From the IMG/VR virus record IMGVR_UViG_3300046517_001051, positions 2,404 to 66,403 of that record: a DNA stretch of 64,000 bases. One strand, 5' to 3'. Below the pieces are notes generated by a model that worked only from the letters and a program-made list of their open reading frames with translations, was not told the DNA's origin and ran no database searches. Of this stretch, positions 8,156 to 17,880 are shown in pieces. The stretch's first letter is position 1, and every line of letters starts with the position of its first letter. A program made the translations under genes and the position numbers. This DNA comes from a virus.

Positions 8156-11046
8156 CAGAACTGCTCGCCGTTGAGGTGCGGGGCCTCGGGCTCCGGGTGG
8201 CGACTCGGCGGATCGCTGCGCAGCTCCTTCAGGAGCGCGATGAACTCGGGATTCTTGGCGTACTCGCTGCGCGAGGTCCGCAGCAGCGCGCCCTTCCGGA
8301 CGAGCAGGGACAGCAGCTGGCGCGAGCGGTCGAGGTCCAGCTCGCAGGCAGCCTGGAGGTCTTCGAGAGAGATCGTGTCGCGCCGAAGGAGGACGGAGGC
8401 CAGGTCGTCGGTGTTCTTGTAGCCGCGCAGGGCCTTCAGGATGAGCTTCGGATCTTGGACCGTGCTCATGACCTGCTGCGCGGCGCTGAACTCGGCGTAG
8501 CCCATCGCCGAGGATGAGTAGAGTGAGTCGAAGAAACGCGAGGCCCAGCGCACGTGGCGGGCTTGGACCAGCAACTGAGCGCCATCGACGGTGCTGAACG
8601 TCCGCGCGGCGATCGAGCCGGCGAGGCGGGCAATCTTCAGCTTCATCGAGCCCCGGTCGACGAGCGGCACCGCCTCGTTGAACTTCGCGCAGAGCGTCCT
8701 CGCCTCCGCCATCGTCGTCGTCGTCGCCTCATCGTCGAAGACGACCTCTTCCGACTTGCGCGTCCACGTCCACAGGATGAGACGGCGCGAGCAGGCGGAG
8801 GTGACGAGGTGCTCGACGCGGGGACGGTTGCGCGCGAGGATGTTGATGGTCTCGTCGTCCATGTCGTCCTTGCTGACGGCGACAGCGAGGTCGATGCGGC
8901 GGACGTCTTCGAGGTTCCCCAGCAGCTCGTGGATGGCCTCGATGCCGAAGTGGTAGGAACTCATCGAGCGCGGGCTGCGCGGGTTGCTGAGCATCAGGAT
9001 CCGCGTCCGGGCGAGTGCCCTGCGCCGCTCGATCTTCGGTATCTCGGCGATGCCCGATGACCGCATGTCCGTCAGCTTGCTGAGGACTTCGACGGGCGCA
9101 CCCTTCAGCTCCTCCAGGATGACGAGGGCGCGATCGTGCTGCGGGATCGTGCCCCAGCGGACGAACCATCGATTGCCGAGCTGCTCCAGGCCGCCGAGGA
9201 GGCCCGCCACCGTCACGTTCTTGCAGTCGGTCTTGTCGCCACACCCATAGTGCGCCATGAGCCGGCCGGCGCACTCGCTCTTACCCTGCGACGAGTCGCC
9301 GATGACGAGGACGTTCGTCCAGCCGTTCACTTGCCGTCCATCGAAGCTGAAGAGGAGCGGTGAGTGCCACGCCACGTCCATCGCGAGGTGCATGTCGCGC
9401 CTCTTGAAGATCTGCGTGACGTTGGCCTCTAGGTCGCTGTAGATCTGGTCGAGCTTCTCCTCCAGCGCCTCGTCGGACCCGTCGCGCGGCCGGAAGATCT
9501 CCAGGTCGCCCATCTCGCCGAGCGTCGGGGCGAACGAGGCGAGCGTGTCCTCCGTCTCTTCGCAGTCGCTCACCAGCAGCGTCGCCTGCTGTGTCTTCGG
9601 ATGCGGGTATATCGCGCCCCGCATCTTGAAGGGGACGTTCAGCTCCACCTCCTTGTCCCCAATCACCATTGCGGGGTACCAGTCGTTCCCTCCCTTCTGT
9701 CCCGTCACGTCGATCGGGGGCGACACGCGGACGTCGTGGACGACGTGGTGGGACTTGGCGAGGAACGTGACGACCTTGCAGATGGGGATGCCGAGCGCCT
9801 CGCGGATCTTCTCGCGTTGGACCTTCTCGGGCTCGCCGACCATGCCGAGGATCGCCGGCGCTCCGGGCTCGATCTCCAGACTGACGATGCCGGTGTCGGG
9901 GTGTTCGTCTTCGAGGTGGACCGGACAAGAGTGGCAGTTGGGCTGCGACCGATCACACTCGATGTCGAGGAGGCGCGGCACCATGTATGGTGTCTGGTCC
10001 GCGGCGGCGACGACGGCCCGCACGTCGAGCAACTCGCCGACTCTTGAGCTGAGCGAGGCGTCGCGGAGGCTGACCGATCGGGGCTCGCCCTTCGCCACCG
10101 CCTGCTTCGTCGGCGGGGTCCACTCGACGGCGGAGGCCATCGCCGCCTGGAAGTCCACGAGCGTCGCCCCGCACTGGCCCACCCAGTCGTTGATGTCGCC
10201 CTTGGGGAAGTTCTTCGTATCGAGCGGCAATCGAATGACACGGACCGACTTCACGCGGCTCCAGAGCAGCGCGCAGATGCGCCGCGTCGCCGCCACCCCC
10301 GCGTCGTCGACGTCCATGCAGACGAAGACGTCCTTGTCCTTCAGCTGCTCGGTCCAGGCCGGCTTCCAGCTGCCCTCGCCCCCGGTGCTGCTGACGGCAG
10401 AGGCGACGCCCTCCATGATCGTCCCGGCGACGAGGGCCTTCATCTCCCCGCCGCAGACCCAGACCGATGTGACATCCGGCCGCAGCGTCTGGACGTTGTA
10501 GAGGTGCGGGCCGGCGTGGCCGGGCGTATGCCTCATCTTCTGCGGGCCGGCGGCGCCCGGGAGGTACCTCTTCACGTTGACGGCCCGACGTTGCGCATCG
10601 TAGACCGGGATCGTGATGCGGCCGTCGTAGAATCCAAGGCGAGCGGCGCGGATCATCTCGTCGGTCACGCCGCGCTTCCGCAGCTCGACGAGCAGAGGGC
10701 CAGCCTCCCAGACGGCCGCGTGGAACTTCTCGATGGTCTGCGACGGGATCTCGGCGACCCCTTCGAGCTGGTCCGGGTACCGCTTCTCCAGGTCTTGGAG
10801 GGCGATCAGCCGGGGCACCTTCAGCTTGTAGGCGATCAGCGCCGCGATGTCGCCTTTAGCTCCGCAGGACGGAACATAGCACCGCCAGACACCCTCTGTC
10901 AGATTGAAGGATGCGCTGGGGGTCTGGTCATCGTGGGCTGGACAGCAGAACTTGACCTGGCTCTCGCCGGCCGCCTCCCACTTGATGCCGAGCCGATCCA
11001 GCTCGGGCAGCACGTCGATAGACTTGAGACCCCTCGCGCGACTCAC
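8155..11046 (-). CDS. Primase-helicase fusion: CHC2 Zn finger + TOPRIM + MCM-type AAA+ helicase
   Basis: CPAHDDQTPS...C..C; TOPRIM 'VCGGEMKAL', 'CMDVDDAG', 'GDINDW'; Walker A GDSSQGKS, Walker B LEE, sensor 'SNPR', Arg finger 'RRIDL'. Confidence 0.9.
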   Translation of the reverse strand: MSRARGLKSIDVLPELDRLGIKWEAAGESQVKFCCPAHDDQTPSASFNLTEGVWRCYVPSCGAKGDIAALIAYKLKVPRLIALQDLEKRYPDQLEGVAEIPSQTIEKFHAAVWEAGPLLVELRKRGVTDEMIRAARLGFYDGRITIPVYDAQRRAVNVKRYLPGAAGPQKMRHTPGHAGPHLYNVQTLRPDVTSVWVCGGEMKALVAGTIMEGVASAVSSTGGEGSWKPAWTEQLKDKDVFVCMDVDDAGVAATRRICALLWSRVKSVRVIRLPLDTKNFPKGDINDWVGQCGATLVDFQAAMASAVEWTPPTKQAVAKGEPRSVSLRDASLSSRVGELLDVRAVVAAADQTPYMVPRLLDIECDRSQPNCHSCPVHLEDEHPDTGIVSLEIEPGAPAILGMVGEPEKVQREKIREALGIPICKVVTFLAKSHHVVHDVRVSPPIDVTGQKGGNDWYPAMVIGDKEVELNVPFKMRGAIYPHPKTQQATLLVSDCEETEDTLASFAPTLGEMGDLEIFRPRDGSDEALEEKLDQIYSDLEANVTQIFKRRDMHLAMDVAWHSPLLFSFDGRQVNGWTNVLVIGDSSQGKSECAGRLMAHYGCGDKTDCKNVTVAGLLGGLEQLGNRWFVRWGTIPQHDRALVILEELKGAPVEVLSKLTDMRSSGIAEIPKIERRRALARTRILMLSNPRSPRSMSSYHFGIEAIHELLGNLEDVRRIDLAVAVSKDDMDDETINILARNRPRVEHLVTSACSRRLILWTWTRKSEEVVFDDEATTTTMAEARTLCAKFNEAVPLVDRGSMKLKIARLAGSIAARTFSTVDGAQLLVQARHVRWASRFFDSLYSSSAMGYAEFSAAQQVMSTVQDPKLILKALRGYKNTDDLASVLLRRDTISLEDLQAACELDLDRSRQLLSLLVRKGALLRTSRSEYAKNPEFIALLKELRSDPPSRHPEPEAPHLNGEQF

Positions 11047-11179
11047 ACTGTGTCCTTCGAGGCTAGGGAGAGACGAAGTCCAGCCGTTGAGCTACGGTCC
11101 ACTGCCACGGCGGGGACGGCAGAGGGAGAGGTTCGCAGGGCTCGCCACCATGCCAGGGGCGAGCTGCCTGCAAGCTCGA

Positions 11180-12016
11180 CTAGAACGGAGCGGCGCCGTT
11201 GGGCGAGTCGTCGCGCGCGATGCCGTCGGAGTCCCCACCTTCCGCGGCCACAGCCTCCTCGTGCTTCACCGAGAGGTCGCGCGACAGGTAGTCCTTCAGC
11301 AGCTCCTTGTGGAGGGCCTCGGCGATCGGAGCGTGCTCGGGCGAGATCCAGGGGCTGGCCGGAGCGTCGGGGTTGCGGAACCCAGCCACCCAGTACTCAT
11401 GGCCCTCGCGGTCCCTCGCCACCTCGGGCGCGAAGGAGAACACGCAGCCGTAGAGCGGGACCTGCTGGCCCTGGATGCGGCGCATCTTGATCGCGTCGAT
11501 GAGCGCCTTGCCCTTCCGGAATCCGCCGCGCGAGTAGCTCAGCGTGACGGGCATGCCCTGCAACTCATGCTCGCCGTAGACGACGCAGACGAAGTTGAGG
11601 TGGTGCGAGTTGCGCCTGAGGAACTCGTTCTTGGCGCCATACTTCTCCTCCCAGCGCTTCGGGTCGAGCGCCTTGCTACCGACGAGGCTCGCCGGGTCGA
11701 AGGACTTCGCCTCAATCATCGGGCTGGCCTTGTCCTTCCGGTCGTTCCACGAAATGTACTCGTCGAAGAACAGCAGCGGCACCAGCGAGACCCGCTCGCC
11801 GACCTTGCAGAGGGCCTTCTCACCAGAGACCAGGACGAGGCTACCCTCACCATACTTGGTCTTCAGCTCGCTCGCCGTCATCGCCTGGATGACTGAGACG
11901 CGGGCGAGCGTCCGGTGGTGGCGCATCGTCGCCAGTGAGTCGTGCTCGTTCTGCTTGCCGATCAAGGCGAGCATGTGCTCTGGCACGGCGCCTACTCTCG
12001 TCAGTTCGTTACTCAT
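11180..12016 (-). CDS. Putative single-stranded DNA-binding protein
   Basis: 'RVSVIQAM...VPLLFFDEYISW' pattern, acidic tail ending in PF, located in the replication module. Confidence 0.6.
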   Translation of the reverse strand: MSNELTRVGAVPEHMLALIGKQNEHDSLATMRHHRTLARVSVIQAMTASELKTKYGEGSLVLVSGEKALCKVGERVSLVPLLFFDEYISWNDRKDKASPMIEAKSFDPASLVGSKALDPKRWEEKYGAKNEFLRRNSHHLNFVCVVYGEHELQGMPVTLSYSRGGFRKGKALIDAIKMRRIQGQQVPLYGCVFSFAPEVARDREGHEYWVAGFRNPDAPASPWISPEHAPIAEALHKELLKDYLSRDLSVKHEEAVAAEGGDSDGIARDDSPNGAAPF

Positions 12017-12596
12017 CGGTCTGATCCTCTTTCTTCTCGTTGAGCCCACGCTTTTTGCGGAACACGGCCACGGCATCGGTGTGGGCGGCTACGATGCCGG
12101 GCGGTGGGTTCTCGCCGCGAGATTGCATCTCGGCGACGAGCTTTTGCATCTCAGTGAAGCTGAAGTCCAGGCGGTTGGTCGCGATGACCTCCTCTGGGAC
12201 CTTCAGCCAGCGGAGCAGCTCGACGTACTCACGCGAGCCGCGCTTGGGGAGGCGGGGAATCGTCGTGACCTCGGCGCTGGCGGTGGCCAATTCGCCCTCC
12301 AGCTTGAGGTCCTCGCCGCGCAGGGCATAGGAGCACGCCTCGCCGGCGAGCCGGCGGCCGGCGAGGAGCTGCTTCGCGTCGCAGTTCTTCCTCATGTCGT
12401 CGAACGCATTTCGCATCTCGCGGAGGAGGTAGCCGCAGTCGACAAGGTCGTCGCGCGGCACCTGCTGGACCGCGTTCTGGAACTCGAAGAGCAGCACCCC
12501 GGTCCGCGTCCAGAGGGCCTTCGCCTCTGAGTACAGCGCCTGGAGGTCCGTCTTCATGACGTGGTCACTCGTAGTCTTCGTCGCGTTGTCTTCCAT
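12009..12596 (-). CDS. Hypothetical replication-module protein
   Basis: Long ORF between the DUF3820-like gene and SSB. Confidence 0.6.
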   Translation of the reverse strand: MEDNATKTTSDHVMKTDLQALYSEAKALWTRTGVLLFEFQNAVQQVPRDDLVDCGYLLREMRNAFDDMRKNCDAKQLLAGRRLAGEACSYALRGEDLKLEGELATASAEVTTIPRLPKRGSREYVELLRWLKVPEEVIATNRLDFSFTEMQKLVAEMQSRGENPPPGIVAAHTDAVAVFRKKRGLNEKKEDQTDE

Positions 12597-12828
12597 GTAG
12601 CTTCTCAATCTCGCGGTCTTCCTCAGCATCCATCTCTAGGGCGCGGCGCGACTCGTTGATGTAGACGAGGATCGCCGTCTTGTCATAGTTGTCCGGCACC
12701 AGGTTGTCCCCGAGCCACAGCAGGTAAGCAGCCGGGACGTCGCGCAGGGCCTGCCCTCGGTATTTGCCGAAGGGCATCCGCGTGTCATCGGTGAACCGCT
12801 CCGCGCGAAGGTCGGGGCGCTCAGGCAC
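12565..12828 (-). CDS. DUF3820-like small protein
   Basis: 'MPFGKYRGQALRDVPAAYLLWL' signature. Confidence 0.8.
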   Translation of the reverse strand: MPERPDLRAERFTDDTRMPFGKYRGQALRDVPAAYLLWLGDNLVPDNYDKTAILVYINESRRALEMDAEEDREIEKLHGRQRDEDYE

Positions 12829-14221
12829 TAGGGTTCCCCCGCGGGTAGACTGCCTGCTTTAGGTCCGCCGTGCGGAGGGCCTTCGCGGACCCAAACAGCT
12901 CGCTGCCGCACCGTGGTTCCCCTTCGTTGTCGTCGGCGCAGTGGAGACAACCCGTCGGCGCGCAGGCCTTCACTTCCTCGAACCGGTCTCCGAGGTTGGC
13001 TCGCGAGAACATCGGGACCTTATGCCCGTGGCACTGGTCACTGGTGATGAAGTCTCGACCGATCGAGATGCCGCGCTTGCTGGTGATCTCGTCGGAGATT
13101 GGGTCCCTAGCGTACTTGTACTCATAGCACGTTGCATACGTCAGGCCCAGTGCGGCGGCCCGCTGCGAGTAGCGTCGATGCCCCTCCAGCCGGTAACTCT
13201 CCTCGACGGTCTTCTGACCGCCGATGTTGTCCTTGAAGAGGCGCTCGAACTCACCACCACGCTCGGGGCCGAACCGTTGCTTGATTCGATCAACCATGGC
13301 CGGCGCCCAACTGAATCCCGCCTCGACGAACTTGACGATGACGTGATCTGCACCCGCTTCCTTCAAGAGGCCAAACAACGTCTCGACGTCGGAGTGAGTG
13401 ACCACGCCGGGGACGATCGGGTTGCACTGAATGCTGACATAGATCCCCGCTGCCTTCAGCATCCGGATCTGGTCAAGGTGATCCTTGAGAGGGAGGGCGC
13501 CGGGGCTCAGCTTCTTCCAGTCTTCGGGAGACGGGGTGTTGATTGACTTCTGGGCGTAGCTGTATGGGTTCTGCTTCAGGAGATCGACGGCCCACGACGG
13601 GTAGGGGAGTCGCGACAGGAAGAAGATCGGCACACCCTGCTCAACGAATGCTTCTGCTCCTTGCTGCGTGTTGTGGTAGACGTCTTCCAGCGGCAAGAAC
13701 GGGTCCGTGAAGGACGAGAAGTAGCCGGCTGCCACCGTCTTCAACCGAGACAATTGAGAGCGAACTTGCGCCCCGTAGTGGACAGGGACTGAGACAACAC
13801 CCGAGCCTCGATAGCCGCGGAACCCCGAGTTGACGTAGCAGAAGGCACAGCCCACCGTGCAGTACCCGCCATAGGGCTCGGTCAGGATTGCATCCGTGAA
13901 GCATGGGCGGGGTCGACTCCGCTCGTCGGGGTCCGTCTTGCTCTGGTACCAGCCTTGCAGTGGCTTCGCTGAGTCGATGCGGATGTGAGGGAGGGGCTCC
14001 AGGTAGATCCGGACGTCTTTCTTGTTCTCATCCTCTGCATTGCGGACCATGCCGATGCGGGCGGTGCGCGACTTCATGATGCGGCCCGTCAGCTCGTCAA
14101 ACTCTTCGATGATCGGCCCAAGATCGTCCTTCGGCTCTGGCCGCATGAAATACTGGTACGCCTCACGCGCGGGCTCATCGGAGCCCTTCATCCCGTCTTG
14201 CAGCCAAGCAGCATGATCCAT
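12821..14221 (-). CDS. Radical SAM enzyme (SPL-like); predicted glycinyl-thymidine isomerase of DNA hypermodification
   Basis: CxxxCxxC 'CTVGCAFC', 'SSFTDPF', additional C-terminal Cys cluster; adjacent to a PLP enzyme as in M6/YuA-type phages. Confidence 0.8.
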   Translation of the reverse strand: MDHAAWLQDGMKGSDEPAREAYQYFMRPEPKDDLGPIIEEFDELTGRIMKSRTARIGMVRNAEDENKKDVRIYLEPLPHIRIDSAKPLQGWYQSKTDPDERSRPRPCFTDAILTEPYGGYCTVGCAFCYVNSGFRGYRGSGVVSVPVHYGAQVRSQLSRLKTVAAGYFSSFTDPFLPLEDVYHNTQQGAEAFVEQGVPIFFLSRLPYPSWAVDLLKQNPYSYAQKSINTPSPEDWKKLSPGALPLKDHLDQIRMLKAAGIYVSIQCNPIVPGVVTHSDVETLFGLLKEAGADHVIVKFVEAGFSWAPAMVDRIKQRFGPERGGEFERLFKDNIGGQKTVEESYRLEGHRRYSQRAAALGLTYATCYEYKYARDPISDEITSKRGISIGRDFITSDQCHGHKVPMFSRANLGDRFEEVKACAPTGCLHCADDNEGEPRCGSELFGSAKALRTADLKQAVYPRGNPSA

Positions 14222-14223
14222 GG

Positions 14224-15024
14224 TTAGCCTATGTTCCAGAAGAGAGTTGGGACTGAGTCCTGGAACCTAGTGAGGTACCAGCGCAGTGCCTTCAGGTCGT
14301 AGTATTCATTGCACGGAAATGGTGGCGTGATCCCCGCACGAGCAACGTCTTTGTAATCGTAACCTTCATCAACGATGAGTAAATCCAGTGGCGTCCGCTC
14401 AGTTCTCGATTGCTGTCGGAGGTAGCCCTCGACCTCCGTTGCAGAGCGCGAGTAACCGAGATGTATGACGAACTTTGGGGGCTTCTTTGCGCGAACGAAG
14501 CCCATGACGACGCCAGCGGCGATCGTCGCTGAGCTGGCAGGGATCACCACCCTTTCCACAGACAGAGAGGCAGGGACCTCATCCGCCGTCTCCTCGACGG
14601 ATTCAACTAGCTTCAGGGCATTCGGCATCATATAGGCGTTGGGGTCTTCTCGCATGAGCAGCTTGCGGGCGCCATGATAGATCACGCTAGAACGCCCCGC
14701 TGGGATCCCTCGTAGCTCGGCCCCCAGTTGCTGAGCTGCAAGCTGTTGCGGTGGAATGCCGGGAGCAGAATGAGCATAGAGGGGGTAGAAGTTGATGCAT
14801 CGCTTCCCCAACCGTTGGCAGGCAAAGGCCACGGCATGGCCGGCTTGTGAGTGTGATGTGTCTAGCACGCCGATGGTCTTCGCGCTCAGCTTCGAGAGGT
14901 GAGCCCAGACCCCGCGAGCCTTCGAGAAAGGCGGCCCCGGCGGAAGACAGGATAGGTCCTCCCTCTTCACCCAGCAGCGAAGGGTCTCACGATGATCCTC
15001 GACCGGCGTGTTGTGCTGGATCAC
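14224..15024 (-). CDS. PLP-dependent fold-type II enzyme; predicted DNA amino-acid decarboxylase
   Basis: 'TPVE...WVKREDL...FSKARG' (Schiff-base Lys) and 'YYDLKA'. Confidence 0.8.
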   Translation of the reverse strand: MIQHNTPVEDHRETLRCWVKREDLSCLPPGPPFSKARGVWAHLSKLSAKTIGVLDTSHSQAGHAVAFACQRLGKRCINFYPLYAHSAPGIPPQQLAAQQLGAELRGIPAGRSSVIYHGARKLLMREDPNAYMMPNALKLVESVEETADEVPASLSVERVVIPASSATIAAGVVMGFVRAKKPPKFVIHLGYSRSATEVEGYLRQQSRTERTPLDLLIVDEGYDYKDVARAGITPPFPCNEYYDLKALRWYLTRFQDSVPTLFWNIG

Positions 15025-15377
15025 TGAGAGACCTCATCCTCACAATACTTCGGGTCGAGGAGTCGCAGCTTGTAGTCATTGTGGCGGGCGTCGTAGATGA
15101 GCGCCTTGACCTGGCCGATGGGGTGAAGCTCGGATGCGACCATGAAGAGCATGACGCAGAGGGCGATGTTGCCGGTGACCGCAATGCAGTCGAGATCGGG
15201 GTCGAAGTCGAGGTCGCCAAGAGTACGCGCCATGTCTGCCATGCACTCCTTCGGGTTGAAGATCCCGCTCGGAAGACGCCGGTTGTCGTCGTAGAGGAAG
15301 ACGATCTCGCCGTGCTTCTCCGCCGATGCGACGTCGAACCGGCACTTGGAAACGAAGAAGACTTTGCGTCGCGTCAT
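15021..15377 (-). CDS. Hypothetical phage protein
   Basis: ATGA overlap with the helicase stop; 'FDVASAEKHGEIVFL...TGN'. Confidence 0.65.
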   Translation of the reverse strand: MTRRKVFFVSKCRFDVASAEKHGEIVFLYDDNRRLPSGIFNPKECMADMARTLGDLDFDPDLDCIAVTGNIALCVMLFMVASELHPIGQVKALIYDARHNDYKLRLLDPKYCEDEVSQ

Positions 15378-17452
15378 GCGGCCTCCGTCAGGTTCAGCAC
15401 TGATCTCAGCACCTCTCGTAGGTTGAGGGTCGAAGCAGCCATGTCCAGCTTGCCGTTGACCCGCTTCATGATCTCCTCGTCGATCGTTCCCGGCACGATG
15501 AGGTCGACGACCTGGACCGGCATGCGCGTGCCGCGCCGGTGGGCTCGATCCTCGGCCTGCGACCGAAGGATTGCGGACCAGTTCGAGCTGAAGAACACCT
15601 CTAGGTCGCAATAGGTATCTGTCGCACCAGGGTTCCGGGTGTCGTAGCCGAGGAGGTTCAGGCCCTCGGCGGCCGTCTGCGGGTTGCAGACAAGAACCTT
15701 GAACTCTGGGTCGCAGTTGAAGGCATCGACGAGCTTGTCACGCTCTTGAGCCGAGACACCGCCGAAGTACGTGCCGTGCTTGATGCCGGCCTTCGTTAGC
15801 TCCCCGGAGATGCGCTCGATGTTCTGGATGAAGTTGCACCAGACGATTGTCTTGGCCCGTGGGTCGCGCTCGGGATCCTGGAGCAGCTCCATGAGGGCAT
15901 CCACCTTCGGGTTGGTGGGCGCCAGCTCCTCGACTCTCTTCTGCTTCAGGACGTTCCCATCGGGGTCCACCTTGCCGTCGAACGTGATGAACCCGCTGGT
16001 GATCTGGGCGAGGCGGAGGAGCTTCGTGAGGACGTGGCCAATCGTCATCTCGTCGACGACCTTACCCATCGAGTCCTTCAGCTCCAGAGCCAGCTCCTCG
16101 CTGACGCGGCTGTAGACCTTCGCCTGGTGGAGGCTCATCTCGACCTCGACGACGCTCCGCACCTTGTCGGGCAGCATCAGACCGGCCTCCTCCTTCGTCA
16201 CGCTGAAGCTCATCCGGGCAAGCCTCTCTTGTAGAAGTGGCACATGCTTCAGCCCAATGAGCTTCGCCACGCCCTGCTGGGCATAATAGTTGTGCTGCTT
16301 CCAGATGCCGTGAAAGTCCTTGAACGCCTTGAACGTCGAGAAGCCGCTGGCTCCTTCCCGAAGGAACTCCAGCTGCGCCCAGAGGTCCATCGGCGTGTTG
16401 CCGATCGGCGAGCCGGTGAGGATCTGCCGGCGCTTCGACGAGTCGCGGAGTGTGATCGCCGTCTTCCAGCGGAGGGAGCTGCGATCCTTGAAGAAGTGCG
16501 ACTCGTCGGCGACGGTGATGTCCCACGGCATCTGCTGGAGCCACTCCAGCGTTGTCCTCGCCGAGTCATAGCTGACCACCGCGACGCTGAAGAGGAGGTC
16601 GTCCTCAGGCGCGATTACCTCGGCGATGCGGTTCACGCGGGTCGCCTTGTCGCCGCGGATGACGGCGACCTTGCCGGGCACCGTGGCAAACTTCTCGAAC
16701 TCGCGCTGCCAGTTGAGGCGGACCTGCGCTGGGCAGAGCACGAGCACCAGCATCATCCGCCCGCCACCGCGCCGTGGGACGCCGCCCTTCATCTGGCCCG
16801 AGGACAGCAGCTGCGCCTCGGTGCAGACTCGCTGGATGAAACACGCCGTCTTGCCGGTGCCTCGATCCATGAAGAGGGCGAACGCATCAGAGCGGAGTGC
16901 GAGGCAGGTTGCGGTCTGCTGATAGGGGCTCAGGCGAGCCTCGGCCCGCTCCCTCCAGCAGTCGGGGGGCTTCGGGACCGTCCCGCTCAGCTTGAACTCC
17001 GCGGCTCGCCGGACGGTCTGGTGCCCCAATGCCTCGATGGCGCTGGAGGCGCGGAAGATCTGCTGCGCCGTCTCATTGACGAAGACGAGTTGCTCCCTAG
17101 GCCAGGATCGGTTGATGACCTCCAGGGCAAACGATGTCGCCGGCGTCCGGTAGGTCTCCGACTTCTCGTGATAGCGAACCTCTGGGAGTCGCTTCCAGAG
17201 CTGGCGGGATGCCGCGCTGGCCGAGTCCCAGTGGTCGGCCATCTCTTTCTCGCCGAGCTTGTACGTCTGGCCACCGATCCTCTTGGTTGGCGACGACGCG
17301 GCGACGAGAGGCTTGATGCGGAGTCCAAGATGGGTCAGCTTCTGCGACGCGGCGACGAAGAGGTAGTCATGCGAGTGGACTGGAATCGGCGAGAGGAACT
17401 TCTTAGTCACCTCTGACAGATCCGCGTCGTCGTACTCCTCCGCGAAGTCCAT
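15374..17452 (-). CDS. SNF2-family SF2 helicase/ATPase
   Basis: 'MDRGTGKT', 'ADESH', 'LTGSP', 'EGLNL', 'QAEDRAHRRG'. Confidence 0.95.
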   Translation of the reverse strand: MDFAEEYDDADLSEVTKKFLSPIPVHSHDYLFVAASQKLTHLGLRIKPLVAASSPTKRIGGQTYKLGEKEMADHWDSASAASRQLWKRLPEVRYHEKSETYRTPATSFALEVINRSWPREQLVFVNETAQQIFRASSAIEALGHQTVRRAAEFKLSGTVPKPPDCWRERAEARLSPYQQTATCLALRSDAFALFMDRGTGKTACFIQRVCTEAQLLSSGQMKGGVPRRGGGRMMLVLVLCPAQVRLNWQREFEKFATVPGKVAVIRGDKATRVNRIAEVIAPEDDLLFSVAVVSYDSARTTLEWLQQMPWDITVADESHFFKDRSSLRWKTAITLRDSSKRRQILTGSPIGNTPMDLWAQLEFLREGASGFSTFKAFKDFHGIWKQHNYYAQQGVAKLIGLKHVPLLQERLARMSFSVTKEEAGLMLPDKVRSVVEVEMSLHQAKVYSRVSEELALELKDSMGKVVDEMTIGHVLTKLLRLAQITSGFITFDGKVDPDGNVLKQKRVEELAPTNPKVDALMELLQDPERDPRAKTIVWCNFIQNIERISGELTKAGIKHGTYFGGVSAQERDKLVDAFNCDPEFKVLVCNPQTAAEGLNLLGYDTRNPGATDTYCDLEVFFSSNWSAILRSQAEDRAHRRGTRMPVQVVDLIVPGTIDEEIMKRVNGKLDMAASTLNLREVLRSVLNLTEAA

Positions 17453-17790
17453 CACCGGCGTTTGGTCGCCTTCGCGTGGTTCTCGGTGAGGAGCTTCAGC
17501 CATAGGGCCTGGGCAATGAGGTCGTCCTTCCTCGCGGCCTCGATCGTCGCCTCTAGGGCGAGGACTCGCTTCCGGTGGTCCTCGGTCGCGGTCGCGGCAG
17601 CGGCGCGCTGCTCGCGGAAGTGGACGAAGCGCGCCTGCGCCTCCTTCACGGCCTCCAGCAGCTCGGCCTCGCGCTTGTCGCAGGAGGCGGCGTCCGCCAT
17701 CTTGTCCCAGTAGTCGCCGCGGTTCTTCAAAAGCCGGAGGCGCTCCTCTAGGGCCGTCACGCCGGGATGCTGTTCAGAGCTAGTCATCAT
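17452..17790 (-). CDS. Coiled-coil hypothetical protein
   Basis: AGGA RBS; heptad pattern. Confidence 0.6.
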   Translation of the reverse strand: MMTSSEQHPGVTALEERLRLLKNRGDYWDKMADAASCDKREAELLEAVKEAQARFVHFREQRAAAATATEDHRKRVLALEATIEAARKDDLIAQALWLKLLTENHAKATKRR

Positions 17791-17821
17791 GCTATTCCTG
17801 TAAAGTGCTGTCTACAAAAGC

Positions 17822-17855
17822 GAGCGGCGACTTTGGTCTCCCTCAGTCGCCGCTC
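17822..17855 (-). terminator. Intrinsic terminator-like hairpin
   Basis: 11-bp stem GAGCGGCGACT/AGTCGCCGCTC followed by GCTTTT on the minus strand. Confidence 0.55.
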
Positions 17856-17880
17856 AACACACCATGCGGCAGTCGATCGG

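Noticed and set aside
12821-14221. Spore photoproduct lyase (DNA repair) annotation
   Set aside because: Adjacency to the PLP enzyme and the presence of the hmdU transferase pathway favour a modification role.
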